DNA of 61,801 bases from Candidatus Ryanbacteria bacterium CG10_big_fil_rev_8_21_14_0_10_43_42 (GTDB lineage: Bacteria; Patescibacteriota; Minisyncoccia; Ryanbacterales; 2-02-FULL-48-12): contig PFEF01000003.1 in NCBI GenBank assembly GCA_002793915.1, positions 104,648 through 166,448 of the forward strand, written 5' to 3'. The notes beneath the pieces were generated by a model. That model had not been told where the DNA came from. It saw only the letters and a program-made list of their open reading frames with translations, and searched no databases. A program made the translations under genes and the position numbers. Positions 31,152-41,196 of this stretch are shown here, piece by piece (within the stretch, counting starts at the first letter, position 1; each line of letters begins with the position of its first letter).

Positions 31152-31352
31152 TTACTTTTTTGTTTCCTTTTTCTGCGGAACCACTAATGTGATAATACCG
31201 TACGCAATCATTCCCGGAAAAATACCAGTACATACAACAAAAAGCACTCCCAAAAAACGAAGAAAGTTAACGTCCCACCCGATATAATCTTCCAAACCGC
31301 CGCAAATACCGGAAATTATTCTGTTTTTTTCGCTCCTATAAAAATGTTTCAT
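31152..31352 (-). CDS. PspC-domain protein
   Basis: FYRSEKNRIISGICGGLEDYIGWDVNFLRFLGVLFVV matches the PspC domain pattern. Confidence 0.7.
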   Translation of the reverse strand: MKHFYRSEKNRIISGICGGLEDYIGWDVNFLRFLGVLFVVCTGIFPGMIAYGIITLVVPQKKETKK

Positions 31353-31690
31353 AATTCTTTTTCATCGTAGGGAACCCGAAAGAAAAACCTACCCTCCCCA
31401 TAGCAGGGTTACCGTATCACAACTTCTCCCTTAATCAGAGTAAGTCCCTCGCAAAAGTGAAGCGCTTTGGATAAGAAAACTCGCTTCTCCCTGACGATAG
31501 TAGTCCAAAAGGGTTAGTACTCCCATAAGAAGAAGTAGCAAAACAGAAATACTTATATAAATATTTCCCCTGTTCACGAAGAGGCACGGTATATGCCGCA
31601 TGCGCGACTCTACACCCCGTTATCTGATAATATACTCTCTGACTTAGAATACGGTCTTATTATAGCAATAATGTATTACGAAATATATAC

Positions 31691-32317
31691 TTATTCCTGC
31701 GTAAGGCATATTACCCCTTCTTCTATAAGAGTAAGAGCGCCCGGAATAATATTAAAGAACATAGTAAGCACGAAAATATAAATAGAATATGTCGGATTCC
31801 AAAAACTTACTATAACCGCCACAACGGCGGTGATTGGCGGTATTATAATACGAATGTATCCTCTCCGTATAATACGTTTTGCATCCCGCGGATTTTTTAT
31901 CTCACGGGAAAGATCCACGTGCCGGAGAAGCAGAAATAAAAAGAAGCTAATAATAACCACATTAACGGCATACACAAAAATAGCGAGCTCGTTTTGGGGA
32001 TAATTACCGAGAAGATGCGTCGAGAACGGAACAAGAGCCACCATAAGAAGAAAAGGGATGTTCAAATGCATGAGTTTGCGTGTAAGATTCGTAGCAAAAA
32101 CAGAAACGATAAAATGATGCCCGATCCAATAACTGGCGAGTACCAAAAAAGAGAGTATATAACTTAAGAATAACGGTGCCATATGCTGAATTTCGCGCCA
32201 AATCATTTCATTCGTAACAACACCTGAAAGCTCGGGAATTTTTAAATCCAGAGCAAGAAGCGTCATAACGATGGCAAATATACCATCAGCAAGCCCGTCT
32301 AAACGTGATTTTTGCAT
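31691..32317 (-). CDS. TMEM175/DUF1211-family putative potassium channel
   Basis: RLDGLADGIFAIVMTLLALDL signature in TM1; six TM helices. Confidence 0.6.
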   Translation of the reverse strand: MQKSRLDGLADGIFAIVMTLLALDLKIPELSGVVTNEMIWREIQHMAPLFLSYILSFLVLASYWIGHHFIVSVFATNLTRKLMHLNIPFLLMVALVPFSTHLLGNYPQNELAIFVYAVNVVIISFFLFLLLRHVDLSREIKNPRDAKRIIRRGYIRIIIPPITAVVAVIVSFWNPTYSIYIFVLTMFFNIIPGALTLIEEGVICLTQE

Positions 32318-32375
32318 ATTTCAATAGTATCACGAAGCGGTTTTTCATATACCAAAAAGAACATAATCGTGTGCA

Positions 32376-33044
32376 TTATATTCCTTCCACATTTCCGGGC
32401 ACTATCCTGTTTATTATTTCCTCCACGTCATCAACGATAGTAACCAGGTCTATGTCTCTTGCTTCATTAATAAAATAATTTTTTTTAAGGGGATAATCCT
32501 CCAACCAATCAAATAATCCCTTCCAATATGCGCGTCCCACGCATATGATCGGCACCATATCCGTGATACCGGTCTGTATAAGTGTAAGATATTCAAATAA
32601 TTCATTCAGGGTACCGTATCCGCCCGGATAAAAAATAAGCGCATCGCTCTTTATGGAAAGCACAAACCGCCGCGTGAATAAAAAATAAAACGCATACGTA
32701 TGCGTATGAATATTATCCATGCCTTTTTCAGCCGTAAGCAGTTCGGCCTTAAATCCGACAGATGGCACACCAGCCACCATAGCACCCTTATTCGCGGCTT
32801 CCATAATCCCCGGACCGCCTCCCGTTATAATAGCGAAGCCATTCTCCCCCAGAGTGCGTGCTGTATTTTCGCAATGGTTATAATAAGGATCGCCCGGCAT
32901 TGTTTTGTGCGATCCAAAAATAGTGACGATGTTTCCCGAAATACTTTCGAGAATTTCCAGTCCGGCATCAAGCTCTTCACCCGCTTTTTTTACCGTCCAA
33001 GTACTATCGGCGATATATTGTTTATTTTTATGTAGTCCCTTCAT
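32376..33044 (-). CDS. LOG-family (TIGR00730) nucleotide N-glycosidase-like protein
   Basis: ITGGGPGIMEAANKGA and PGGYGTLNELFE motifs. Confidence 0.8.
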   Translation of the reverse strand: MKGLHKNKQYIADSTWTVKKAGEELDAGLEILESISGNIVTIFGSHKTMPGDPYYNHCENTARTLGENGFAIITGGGPGIMEAANKGAMVAGVPSVGFKAELLTAEKGMDNIHTHTYAFYFLFTRRFVLSIKSDALIFYPGGYGTLNELFEYLTLIQTGITDMVPIICVGRAYWKGLFDWLEDYPLKKNYFINEARDIDLVTIVDDVEEIINRIVPGNVEGI

Positions 33045-33088
33045 TACTATAGAGTACAGAATTCAAGGAAAAGAAGAAAGGCTTTATT

Positions 33089-34108
33089 TTAATCAAATGC
33101 TTTTTGTATACTTTTTGAGAAATGCTTTGGTATACCTGCCTTATCCATACTCGCTTCCCCTCCGCCCAACACAAACAAAGCGGAAAGCACGCCGAAAAGT
33201 GTTATGTGTGAATACACATCTTCTCCGAAGAAAAAGAATGAAAGCGAAAGTATGACAAATGCCGCCGTTGCCATAAGGCGTGTTTGAAATCCCACTAACA
33301 ATAAAGTACCAACTATAAGCTCAACTATTCCGGCAGAGAACACCCACATTGCCACACTCACCGGTACGATATCCGTAAGACCATACTGTAAAACAACTTC
33401 TGCCGACAAAAATGGATTGAAAATTTTTTCATATAAAGCTAGGTATATCATAGCGCTTCCCACCCCTATCCTAAGTATTAAAGGAACCCAACGCGTAAAA
33501 TCGGAAAAAGGGGAAACAAACGGAATACCCATAATATGATCCACGCCCGGCTTGGGATCGGCAAGAATACCCAACGCAAATGCCGCCGCCAGAAAATCAA
33601 AACTTCCCACCATATATGTATCGAATAAAAATGCAATTAAAAAAAGAAAAATTGCCACCAACGTCGCCGGTGAGAGCAGCAGTCCGGAGAGAAGCAAAAA
33701 ACCGGTAAGGATCTGCAGTGTCGCAAACACACCCATACCATGTAATGCCGGAGATACAAGCACCTGCGAAGAACCCGCGCCAATAAGTGCAATACCCAAA
33801 CTAAGACGAAGCATCCAGGGAACGAGCGGCGCATACGTACGCGCTCGCTTTTGGCACAGTGTGATATACGATCGAATATACTTATTATCTTCCACTACAA
33901 GATAGACTGCAAAAATAAAACCAATCGTTGCCAGTATAAGATACCCGTTTTTGGCATCCGCAAAAACACTCGACAAAAAACGCCAACTAGTTCCTTGCCT
34001 CGCTACAACAGCTTCATCCGAAAGAACGTAGCCAACATGCGCAAATACCTGTATTGGCATTAGCACAAAAGGAAGAATATAAAAATATAATTTTTTGAAA
34101 AGAAACAT
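33089..34108 (-). CDS. Hypothetical multi-pass membrane protein
   Basis: 339 aa, signal-like N-terminus and about 9 TM helices. Confidence 0.4.
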   Translation of the reverse strand: MFLFKKLYFYILPFVLMPIQVFAHVGYVLSDEAVVARQGTSWRFLSSVFADAKNGYLILATIGFIFAVYLVVEDNKYIRSYITLCQKRARTYAPLVPWMLRLSLGIALIGAGSSQVLVSPALHGMGVFATLQILTGFLLLSGLLLSPATLVAIFLFLIAFLFDTYMVGSFDFLAAAFALGILADPKPGVDHIMGIPFVSPFSDFTRWVPLILRIGVGSAMIYLALYEKIFNPFLSAEVVLQYGLTDIVPVSVAMWVFSAGIVELIVGTLLLVGFQTRLMATAAFVILSLSFFFFGEDVYSHITLFGVLSALFVLGGGEASMDKAGIPKHFSKSIQKAFD

Positions 34109-34185
34109 AAAAAAACAAATTTGTTTTTTGTGCCACCCTATACAACCAGAATATCATGTGAAAAGATTTTTGTATTGTGGAAAAC

Positions 34186-34220
34186 AATTAAAAACTCCAC
34201 GAATGTTCGTGGAGTTTTTA
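34186..34220 (-). terminator. Intrinsic terminator after the 34235-34807 gene
   Basis: ACTCCACGAA/TTCGTGGAGT stem flanked by A/T runs. Confidence 0.6.
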
Positions 34221-34234
34221 TGAAGTAAATTTTT

Positions 34235-34807
34235 CTACCTATGGACATGTATATTTATATCTTTCATGTGTTCTTTTATAAGCTCTCGTGCCGCATCGCG
34301 GTCTCCAGCCTCCATAAGACGATGCGCTTCCGTTATTACAGAAAACTGTTCCTCGGTTATACCGGAAAGATGCGTATCTGCCGTCACTTCTTTAAACGCA
34401 TTATAGTCCCCCACTTTAATAGCCGCCGCTATATCTTTGTTATACATGCTATGCGTACCAAATCCGCGCATAAATTTGAAATCTCTTCGAAATCGATGTT
34501 TTACACCAATTTCTTTTAAGATTGCACGCGCCTCTTCTTCGTCCCCCTCTTCCCGCAAGCGAAACGCCTCGGCAAATTTCTCAAAATTATCTTCGGTTAC
34601 CAACTCCCCTATGCGCCGCCCTTCCGTAAGCGTACGCCATACATCAAAATTACCTGTCTTAAGCGCTTCTTTTACCGCTTCCCGCGTCACTGGATTAAAA
34701 TACGGCCTTGATGTATCTGCGGCAAATGCAAAAGATCCTCCGGTAAGAAGCATAACCGTTAAAACGCTCATACTTCCTCCCATAAACAATCTCTTCTTTA
34801 TATTCAT
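34235..34807 (-). CDS. Hypothetical secreted protein with two internal alpha-helical repeats (start trimmed to MNIKKRLF)
   Basis: Signal peptide after the trimmed start; two similar about 70-aa segments (..GNFDVWRTLTEG.. / ..GDYNAFKEVTAD..). Confidence 0.4.
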   Translation of the reverse strand: MNIKKRLFMGGSMSVLTVMLLTGGSFAFAADTSRPYFNPVTREAVKEALKTGNFDVWRTLTEGRRIGELVTEDNFEKFAEAFRLREEGDEEEARAILKEIGVKHRFRRDFKFMRGFGTHSMYNKDIAAAIKVGDYNAFKEVTADTHLSGITEEQFSVITEAHRLMEAGDRDAARELIKEHMKDINIHVHR

Positions 34808-34889
34808 ATCATGCTCATTAGCTATTATTATACAGTTCGGAACACCGTCCCTCCTGCATAATATACTACGCATGTCCGTTTTATTTCTT

Positions 34890-35690
34890 TCACATACCCC
34901 TACTCAAACACTCCGCAACACGCACACGCTCCCTTTCGGAAACCGTCCGCACCCCATAATCCATTCCCGTAAACTGCCGTGCTCGCCCGTATATAATCCA
35001 GGGATGAACCACACAGGCGGTAAATTCTTTCTCTCCTGTTTTTCTACCTATCATGCGCACGCGCATATATTCTTCTACGGATTGTCCCTCCGCTAAACCG
35101 GCGTCACCAAACATAACGCGCCACTCTCTTCCCCGAAAGTCTTTAAGCATAAAAGAAGCACTGGCATCGGCAATAGACATTATCTCTCCCGCAAGAAAGC
35201 CGCTCTCCGGCATATCCCATTTTGCATGCCGTACGCCCGGCATATACCTATATATGGACATATGCTTCGCAAGCGCATCGTCCACACTATCCCCGATGCC
35301 AACCATAAACCACACACCGCCCAATATTACGGGAATCCCTAGAACAATAACTGCGAAGGGTACCGTATTATACTGATATCCGTTCCTTGTATGCCGAACA
35401 TTATATACCGTAACGCCTAAAAAAACGCATGCCATGACAATCCATATGTACGGAATCGTGGAAAGTATGAATGAAAACACACCTATACCAAGAAACGGAT
35501 ACACGTCCCATTCATTATTTGCAACTAAAAACACAATAAGAGTAACAGCAACGCTCAAAAGAAGCGCGGCAAAAATACCCGCGCTCCACAACATGTAATG
35601 AACAACGAAAAAGCTCCACCGCGGTTTTGGCTCTATATGTTCATTTTCTATTTTATTCAATACCTTTTCGGCAAAATCTTTTTCATTCAT
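34890..35690 (-). CDS. Membrane protein, possible anti-sigma partner of the upstream ECF sigma factor
   Basis: Starts 4 nt after the sigma gene stop; 5 TM helices; assignment from position only. Confidence 0.35.
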   Translation of the reverse strand: MNEKDFAEKVLNKIENEHIEPKPRWSFFVVHYMLWSAGIFAALLLSVAVTLIVFLVANNEWDVYPFLGIGVFSFILSTIPYIWIVMACVFLGVTVYNVRHTRNGYQYNTVPFAVIVLGIPVILGGVWFMVGIGDSVDDALAKHMSIYRYMPGVRHAKWDMPESGFLAGEIMSIADASASFMLKDFRGREWRVMFGDAGLAEGQSVEEYMRVRMIGRKTGEKEFTACVVHPWIIYGRARQFTGMDYGVRTVSERERVRVAECLSRGM

Positions 35691-35694
35691 ATAC

Positions 35695-36291
35695 TTATGA
35701 TACCGTATTTATATGTTCCTTTTGTAATTTTTTATGTAATTGGTTTTTTGCTCTTCTTATATAAGTAGCAACCGTTCCCATGGGAATTTTCATAATATCC
35801 GATATTTCCTTATATTCCTTCTCTTCAAAAAAACGGAGGATGACAATTTCCTTATACGGATCTTGCAAACAATTGATAACTTTTCGTAAATGCTCCCCTA
35901 AAAGTGCCGCATCAACCTCGCCAACAATATCCATATCTCCCGCAAGATTTTCCAAAGAAGAATCATCCATATTCGCAAGCCACCCTTCCGGGCGCACCAT
36001 TCTTTTACGATGCATACTTATAACATGATTGCGTGCAATACGATATATCCACGAAGAAAAATTAAGCGTTTCATCGAAATCATGTAAATTTATGTACGTT
36101 TTTATAAAGACCTCCTGCAATATATCTTCGGCTTCTTCCAACGCAACATCAGTAATGCGCCGTATGTACCTAAGAAGACGGGCTTCATAGCGATAAATGA
36201 CACAGGCAAAGTAATCCTTGTCCTGCAAGGTTAAACGGATGAGATCGGTATCGGATTTTTCATTACAAATATCTTCGTGCACATGCCGCAT
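35695..36291 (-). CDS. ECF-type RNA polymerase sigma-70 family factor
   Basis: Region 2 (FSSWIYRIARNHVISMHRK) and region 4 HTH (EYKEISDIMKIPMGTVATYIRRAKNQL). Confidence 0.85.
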   Translation of the reverse strand: MRHVHEDICNEKSDTDLIRLTLQDKDYFACVIYRYEARLLRYIRRITDVALEEAEDILQEVFIKTYINLHDFDETLNFSSWIYRIARNHVISMHRKRMVRPEGWLANMDDSSLENLAGDMDIVGEVDAALLGEHLRKVINCLQDPYKEIVILRFFEEKEYKEISDIMKIPMGTVATYIRRAKNQLHKKLQKEHINTVS

Positions 36292-36361
36292 TGTACCCTA
36301 CTACGCACGAGTGTCTATAGTTCTTTCAAAAACATCCCCGGCATAGGGGGATGTTTTTTCT

Positions 36362-36778
36362 TTATAAGGATGGGACATCGGACGTACAGTGGGCGCATTT
36401 TGTCGCCTTGATTGGAATTTTAAAAACACAATGCGGACATTCTTTTTCTGTAGGAGCCGGCGGCGGTTCTTTTCGTTTAAGCTTATTTACCTGCTTTATC
36501 ACAATGAATATCGTAAAGGCGATAATGAGAAAGTTAATCACCGTATTTACAAATAAACCGTAATTAACCGTTATTGCATCAGTTGTTTCCGTCGCCTTTT
36601 TCAAGGTTATAATAAGATCGGAAAAATCGACATCACCAAGCATGAGTCCTATGGGTGGCATAATAATGTCGGTTACCAAAGAGCTTACTATCTTCCCGAA
36701 TGCACCTCCGATAATAACACCGACCGCCAAATCAACCACATTACCTTTTACGGCGAATTCTTTAAATTCTTTAAACAT
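36362..36778 (-). CDS. mscL: Large-conductance mechanosensitive channel with C-terminal CxxC...CxxC tail
   Basis: [44 protein letters not shown]; tail [20 protein letters not shown]. Confidence 0.85.
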   Translation of the reverse strand: MFKEFKEFAVKGNVVDLAVGVIIGGAFGKIVSSLVTDIIMPPIGLMLGDVDFSDLIITLKKATETTDAITVNYGLFVNTVINFLIIAFTIFIVIKQVNKLKRKEPPPAPTEKECPHCVFKIPIKATKCAHCTSDVPSL

Positions 36779-36867
36779 AATTATTCTATTATGGTAATTA
36801 TTTTATACACATACTAACCCTACCCCTTACTGGCAAAACAAACAATAAACGCATTATAATTAAGACA

Positions 36868-37068
36868 ATGAGAAAGAAAAATACTATTTTCTCCGAACTT
36901 ACCGGATATCCTTCAACCGTTGTGTTTATTATTGTGACGCTTTCCATTGCCTTCATGCTTGCCATACATCAATATGATATTCAAAATCTCAAACGACACA
37001 TTAACACACTTGAACGAGAAAGCAATGCTCCGGCAAATATAATCAATAAAAACGATTTCTCTTATTAA
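36868..37068 (+). CDS. Hypothetical small membrane protein
   Basis: 66-aa ORF, one TM helix, followed by a terminator. Confidence 0.35.
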   Translation: MRKKNTIFSELTGYPSTVVFIIVTLSIAFMLAIHQYDIQNLKRHINTLERESNAPANIINKNDFSY

Positions 37069-37083
37069 TGAGAGCTTGTAAGC

Positions 37084-37112
37084 AAAAATCCGGCGTCCGC
37101 CGGATTTTTTTC
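37084..37112. terminator. Bidirectional terminator
   Basis: AAAAATCCGGCG-TC-CGCCGGATTTTTTT. Confidence 0.7.
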
Positions 37113-37126
37113 GGGTGACATGCCGA

Positions 37127-37258
37127 TTATCGTACTTGAGCCGATGTACCACCGTGGTACTCTTCCATAAGGAAATAGTAATTTCCTGCGAATAACGCAA
37201 CGGCAAACACGAGGAGCACGCCTACGAACCATAACAGTCCGGTAGCCGTCTTATTCAT
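37127..37258 (-). CDS. Possible 43-aa membrane peptide (not in the ORF track)
   Basis: Own translation MNKTATGLLWFVGVLLVFAVALFAGNYYFLMEEYHGGTSAQVR; no clear SD. Confidence 0.25.
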   Translation of the reverse strand: MNKTATGLLWFVGVLLVFAVALFAGNYYFLMEEYHGGTSAQVR

Positions 37259-37371
37259 TTTTTGCTGATCATGTATCATATGTGCATGATACCGCATCAC
37301 TTTACAAACACAAACAAAAAATCCACAATCATGTGGATTACCCGCAGGCGCGTTTAACGCGCTTATACTGT

Positions 37372-37593
37372 TTATTTTGGCGTAAGAACCCCTTGCAGTT
37401 CGGCCTCCATTATTTCTATCCGCCCATCCATAGAAATTTCCCGTCCCGCCACCGTTGCACGCACTATGGCTTCCGTAACATCAAACCACGCATTCTTGGG
37501 CTGAAAGCACTTCCCCATATCATCTCCCAGTGTATGGCTGGGCATTTTATTATTCACAAGAACTTCCGCCAGGAAACGAAGTGTTAACTCCAT
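37372..37593 (-). CDS. Hypothetical protein
   Basis: 73-aa ORF preceded by a strong GGAGGAGG SD. Confidence 0.4.
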   Translation of the reverse strand: MELTLRFLAEVLVNNKMPSHTLGDDMGKCFQPKNAWFDVTEAIVRATVAGREISMDGRIEIMEAELQGVLTPK

Positions 37594-37682
37594 AGAAACC
37601 TCCTCCCGTTTTTATGGTAAAAACTATACCACATTTTTTCATATTTGCAATATGCGTCCGCACCATGTACTATTGCCGTTAC

Positions 37683-38408
37683 ATGAAAAAAGAGACATTC
37701 ACTCGTATTAATAAATATCTGGCTGACAATAATTACTGTTCGCGGCGAGAGGCCGATCAGCTTATTAAGGCTGGTAATGTACTTATCAACGGCAAAAAGG
37801 CACATCTGGGAGATAAAGTGGGATCGGATGATACCGTAGAAGTTCCGAAGCGAAGTCATATGCCACGCGTGTATTATGCGTACTACAAACCCGCTGGTAT
37901 CGTTACGGTAGGCGCACAAGAAGGCGAAAAAGAAATTGCCGATAGAGCAAGGTTTCCCATTCCCGTATTCCCCCTGGGGCGCCTCGATAAGGATTCTGAA
38001 GGGCTCCTTATTATGACAAACGACGGGCGTATAACGGAACCTCTCTTGCATCCATCCGCCCGGCACGAAAAAGAATATAGCGTAACGGTAGCGCGCCCCA
38101 TTACCCATGTATTTTTGGTGGGAATGCGCGAAGGCCAGCGCATCGGCCGCGTGGACAAGATTCCCAACTATAAAACACGTCCCACAAAAATACGCCGCAC
38201 AAGCAAATTAAGTTTTGATATTGTCTTAACGGAAGGTAAAAACCGTCAAATTCGTAAGATGGTAGGAGCTCTTGGTAATAACGTACTTACCCTTAAGCGA
38301 TTTCGCATCATAAACATTACTCTCGGAAACCTTAAGGCCGGCCAGTGGCGCGAAATAAAGGGACGCGCCCTTACAGAATTTTTAAACGCACTTGGTATTG
38401 AACAATAA
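37683..38408 (+). CDS. RsuA/RluB-family pseudouridine synthase with S4 domain (start trimmed to MKKETFTRINKYL)
   Basis: S4 domain RINKYLADNNYCSRREADQLI; catalytic GRLDKDSEGLL motif. Confidence 0.85.
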   Translation: MKKETFTRINKYLADNNYCSRREADQLIKAGNVLINGKKAHLGDKVGSDDTVEVPKRSHMPRVYYAYYKPAGIVTVGAQEGEKEIADRARFPIPVFPLGRLDKDSEGLLIMTNDGRITEPLLHPSARHEKEYSVTVARPITHVFLVGMREGQRIGRVDKIPNYKTRPTKIRRTSKLSFDIVLTEGKNRQIRKMVGALGNNVLTLKRFRIINITLGNLKAGQWREIKGRALTEFLNALGIEQ

Positions 38409-38642
38409 AGATTCTTGTAAAAAGTGAGAGTGTATTATTTCCTGGCGGTAACAATATAAGGACCATACTGCGTTACATTATAAAAGCTATCGCTACGCCC
38501 CGGAGCTGAACAGAGCGAGAGAAGTATTGACAAATATATATAAATGATGTAAAAAAGTGTTAAGTTACCCGTCACGGAGGTGTTATTTAACAAAGAAGTG
38601 CCCGTATGTTTTTGTTTCCGTAGAAAAAAGAGGAGGGACGTT

Positions 38643-40025
38643 ATGGATGAATTACCGCCCAAAAACGAATCACTGGAGCCGGCACATCTTATGGAGAAAG
38701 CTGTTGAGCGAACAAAAGGGAAACTTGCTTCCCTTGCAACTGCTCAAGATGACAAACATGCGAAGACGCTTTCCGGATGGATACAGATAATTTGCTCAGA
38801 CTATTGGAGTCATGCGCAAAAAATCATCACAAAAAGCGAACATGCCGCAAAAACAGCTCTGCGGGATATTGAAACTCTCCCGCAATTGATAGAAAGGGCG
38901 GGAAGGGTCCTTAAAGTAGATTTTAAGGATACACTAGATAGGCGCGCCGAAGAACACAATCGCTATCGCCTGCAATTACGCGATATATCTGCATATATTC
39001 GACGACTTACCATTGTCCTCACCGGCAACGATGAAGGTATTGTTACGGTACCAAATGCATTTATTGATGCGGCCGTATCAATTATGGTGGTCACAGCGGT
39101 ACTTACCATCGAATACTTCCTTAATTTTGGCGTGGTGGAATTTGCAACAGATCCCACCACATCAATGATATTTTCAATTGGTATGTCGATTTCTGCCACT
39201 GCTATGGCTCAATTGGCGGCAACGAGTTTAAAACAGGTGAAATATCATCGGGGAGTTATACGAGAGTTTGAAAAAAACTTTCCGGATGGAAAAGATCCCG
39301 TAACCGATAAACGTGTCTCGCCGTTTCCCATTTCAGGATGGACGCCATACGTCATCGTATTAAGTCACGCTATATTCATAGGTATATGTGCTTTTATCCT
39401 CGGCATACGGCTTCTTGTTGTTCTTAATCAAGGGCATCCGGAAGAGCTTATCGGGTCTTTGGTTCTTGTGGCGTTAATATCTACGTACTATACGTATAAA
39501 TTCTTTACCGCATCCCCATATCCGAAAGATATCATAGAAGAATATCGTGAAAAACAGAAGGATGCGAAAGAATTGGAGAAAAAAACACTCTCCACGGCCA
39601 TCTTAATGGATGATCCGGATATTATTCCCATCGTAACGGCCTACAGCGAAGCTATTGCTGATATTGAGCAAAAACTGAACCGCAAGCTCCCCGTTTTGGA
39701 AACATATATCCGCCTTGTGGAAGAAACCCTACCGTTTCCGGGATGGATTGATGCACATGCGACTACCATGTTCCAATTACTGCAATCTCATATGGACGGC
39801 ACTAGAGAATCATTGGAACAGCTAGAGTATGACAATAATCGCACGGATATTATAGATGAGAGCGTTCTTAACAAGGCGCGGACCATCGCAAAGAATCCTC
39901 CCGTCATTGAACGAACGGAAGATCCGAGCGAAATACTTGCCAATCTCTGGCCCGAAGCACAACGCCAAGCATCACGTCGCGCGGCGCTTGCCGATCTTGC
40001 AGGATTTGAACCCACGGAGGAGTAA
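38643..40025 (+). CDS. Hypothetical membrane protein (coiled-coil / 4 TM / coiled-coil); start set to MDELPPK after AGGAGGG
   Basis: Long ORF with central TM helices and flanking helical regions. Confidence 0.45.
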   Translation: MDELPPKNESLEPAHLMEKAVERTKGKLASLATAQDDKHAKTLSGWIQIICSDYWSHAQKIITKSEHAAKTALRDIETLPQLIERAGRVLKVDFKDTLDRRAEEHNRYRLQLRDISAYIRRLTIVLTGNDEGIVTVPNAFIDAAVSIMVVTAVLTIEYFLNFGVVEFATDPTTSMIFSIGMSISATAMAQLAATSLKQVKYHRGVIREFEKNFPDGKDPVTDKRVSPFPISGWTPYVIVLSHAIFIGICAFILGIRLLVVLNQGHPEELIGSLVLVALISTYYTYKFFTASPYPKDIIEEYREKQKDAKELEKKTLSTAILMDDPDIIPIVTAYSEAIADIEQKLNRKLPVLETYIRLVEETLPFPGWIDAHATTMFQLLQSHMDGTRESLEQLEYDNNRTDIIDESVLNKARTIAKNPPVIERTEDPSEILANLWPEAQRQASRRAALADLAGFEPTEE

Positions 40026-40028
40026 TTT

Positions 40029-41042
40029 ATGGAAAACGCTAAAAAGGCATTTTCTGCCATAGGGGCGATTATTGTTCTGCTCACTTGTATTTACCTATTT
40101 GTAAATCATCAGCGCGGTATCGGAGAAAAGTATTCTTCCGATACCGATAGGTTTGTGTTTATACGAGATGTTGAAAAACACGCCGGCACACTCACGCCTG
40201 CCAGTATAATCGATGATACAAAAACCTTACGCCTCACCGACATATTCTCTGATGCAAACAAGAGCCGCTACGGTGCCGACACGCGACCACCGGATGGCGT
40301 TGGACTGATTGTTTCATTCATTTGGAGAAACAATGGAACGCGCTTGCGGGAAGAAACATTCCGTATTCCCGTCTGGAATCATAGCGAACAGCCTTCAAAT
40401 GCCCGCCGCCGCGAATTCGTTGATGAAAGCGAGCGGAAATTTGATCAACTCGTACAAGAGTTCGTTAAACCGGTTGCCGTTCGGTATCCGTATGTCCTAG
40501 TGTTGGATACCACCAACGGGGGTGACAATATTGCCCCCGGCGTACAGCACACGATAGATACCATGCTTTCCCTTAAAGATGCGGGGCATACAGTTCCCTT
40601 CCGTATACATTTTATCACGGGAACGATCTATCAAGGCGATTACTTTATCGCTGATAATGTGACGAAGGAAGCACTTGAGGAAGGCATGAACCGCGGCAGA
40701 AAAAAGCCGGTAGAGGATCAATCTTTTGTCTTTTCCTCTCTTCGCTCCGTGCTTCGAAATTTAGATGCGGGCACAACCGTGGAAATCTACACGGACGGAA
40801 CCGAGAACTCACCGCCGCCCGGCATTAACTTATACAAAAGCTCTCAACTTTTAGATGAGAGCAACTGGAAAAAACTGGATGACTATTTTTCTTTAGAAGG
40901 ACTAACTTTGGATGGCGTTACCATACGCCTCCATCCCATGAAGCTGGATGATTATAAAAAATCCCTGCTTCAAGATAAAGCACTTCAGTACATAGCTTCC
41001 CGTCTCAAACTTACAGGCGCAGAAGTGAGTATTGAGTTGTAA
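40029..41042 (+). CDS. Hypothetical membrane-anchored protein, possibly vWA-like
   Basis: N-terminal TM; VLVLDTTNGGDN and EIYTDGTENS resemble a degenerate MIDAS / vWA strand pattern. Confidence 0.4.
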   Translation: MENAKKAFSAIGAIIVLLTCIYLFVNHQRGIGEKYSSDTDRFVFIRDVEKHAGTLTPASIIDDTKTLRLTDIFSDANKSRYGADTRPPDGVGLIVSFIWRNNGTRLREETFRIPVWNHSEQPSNARRREFVDESERKFDQLVQEFVKPVAVRYPYVLVLDTTNGGDNIAPGVQHTIDTMLSLKDAGHTVPFRIHFITGTIYQGDYFIADNVTKEALEEGMNRGRKKPVEDQSFVFSSLRSVLRNLDAGTTVEIYTDGTENSPPPGINLYKSSQLLDESNWKKLDDYFSLEGLTLDGVTIRLHPMKLDDYKKSLLQDKALQYIASRLKLTGAEVSIEL

Positions 41043-41196
41043 AGTAGGAGCACCTTGAACGAAAGCGAAGTTATTAAAACTCCGCTTTTTTTATTTCAAA
41101 AAATATGTCTTCTACACGCGCTTTCGAAACTATTTGTAACTTATGCCTATTGGTACGTGTTTTATGCTTATAATACCCACATAATGAATATTTACT

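Noticed and set aside
31614-31627. Solitary CCCCGTTATC match to the element motif in the pspC leader
   Set aside because: It is a single 10-mer without a partner or the GTCAG part, which is compatible with chance in a window of this size.
37584-38108. 174-aa minus-strand ORF overlapping the pseudouridine synthase gene
   Set aside because: It is antisense to a motif-supported gene, so it is a shadow ORF.
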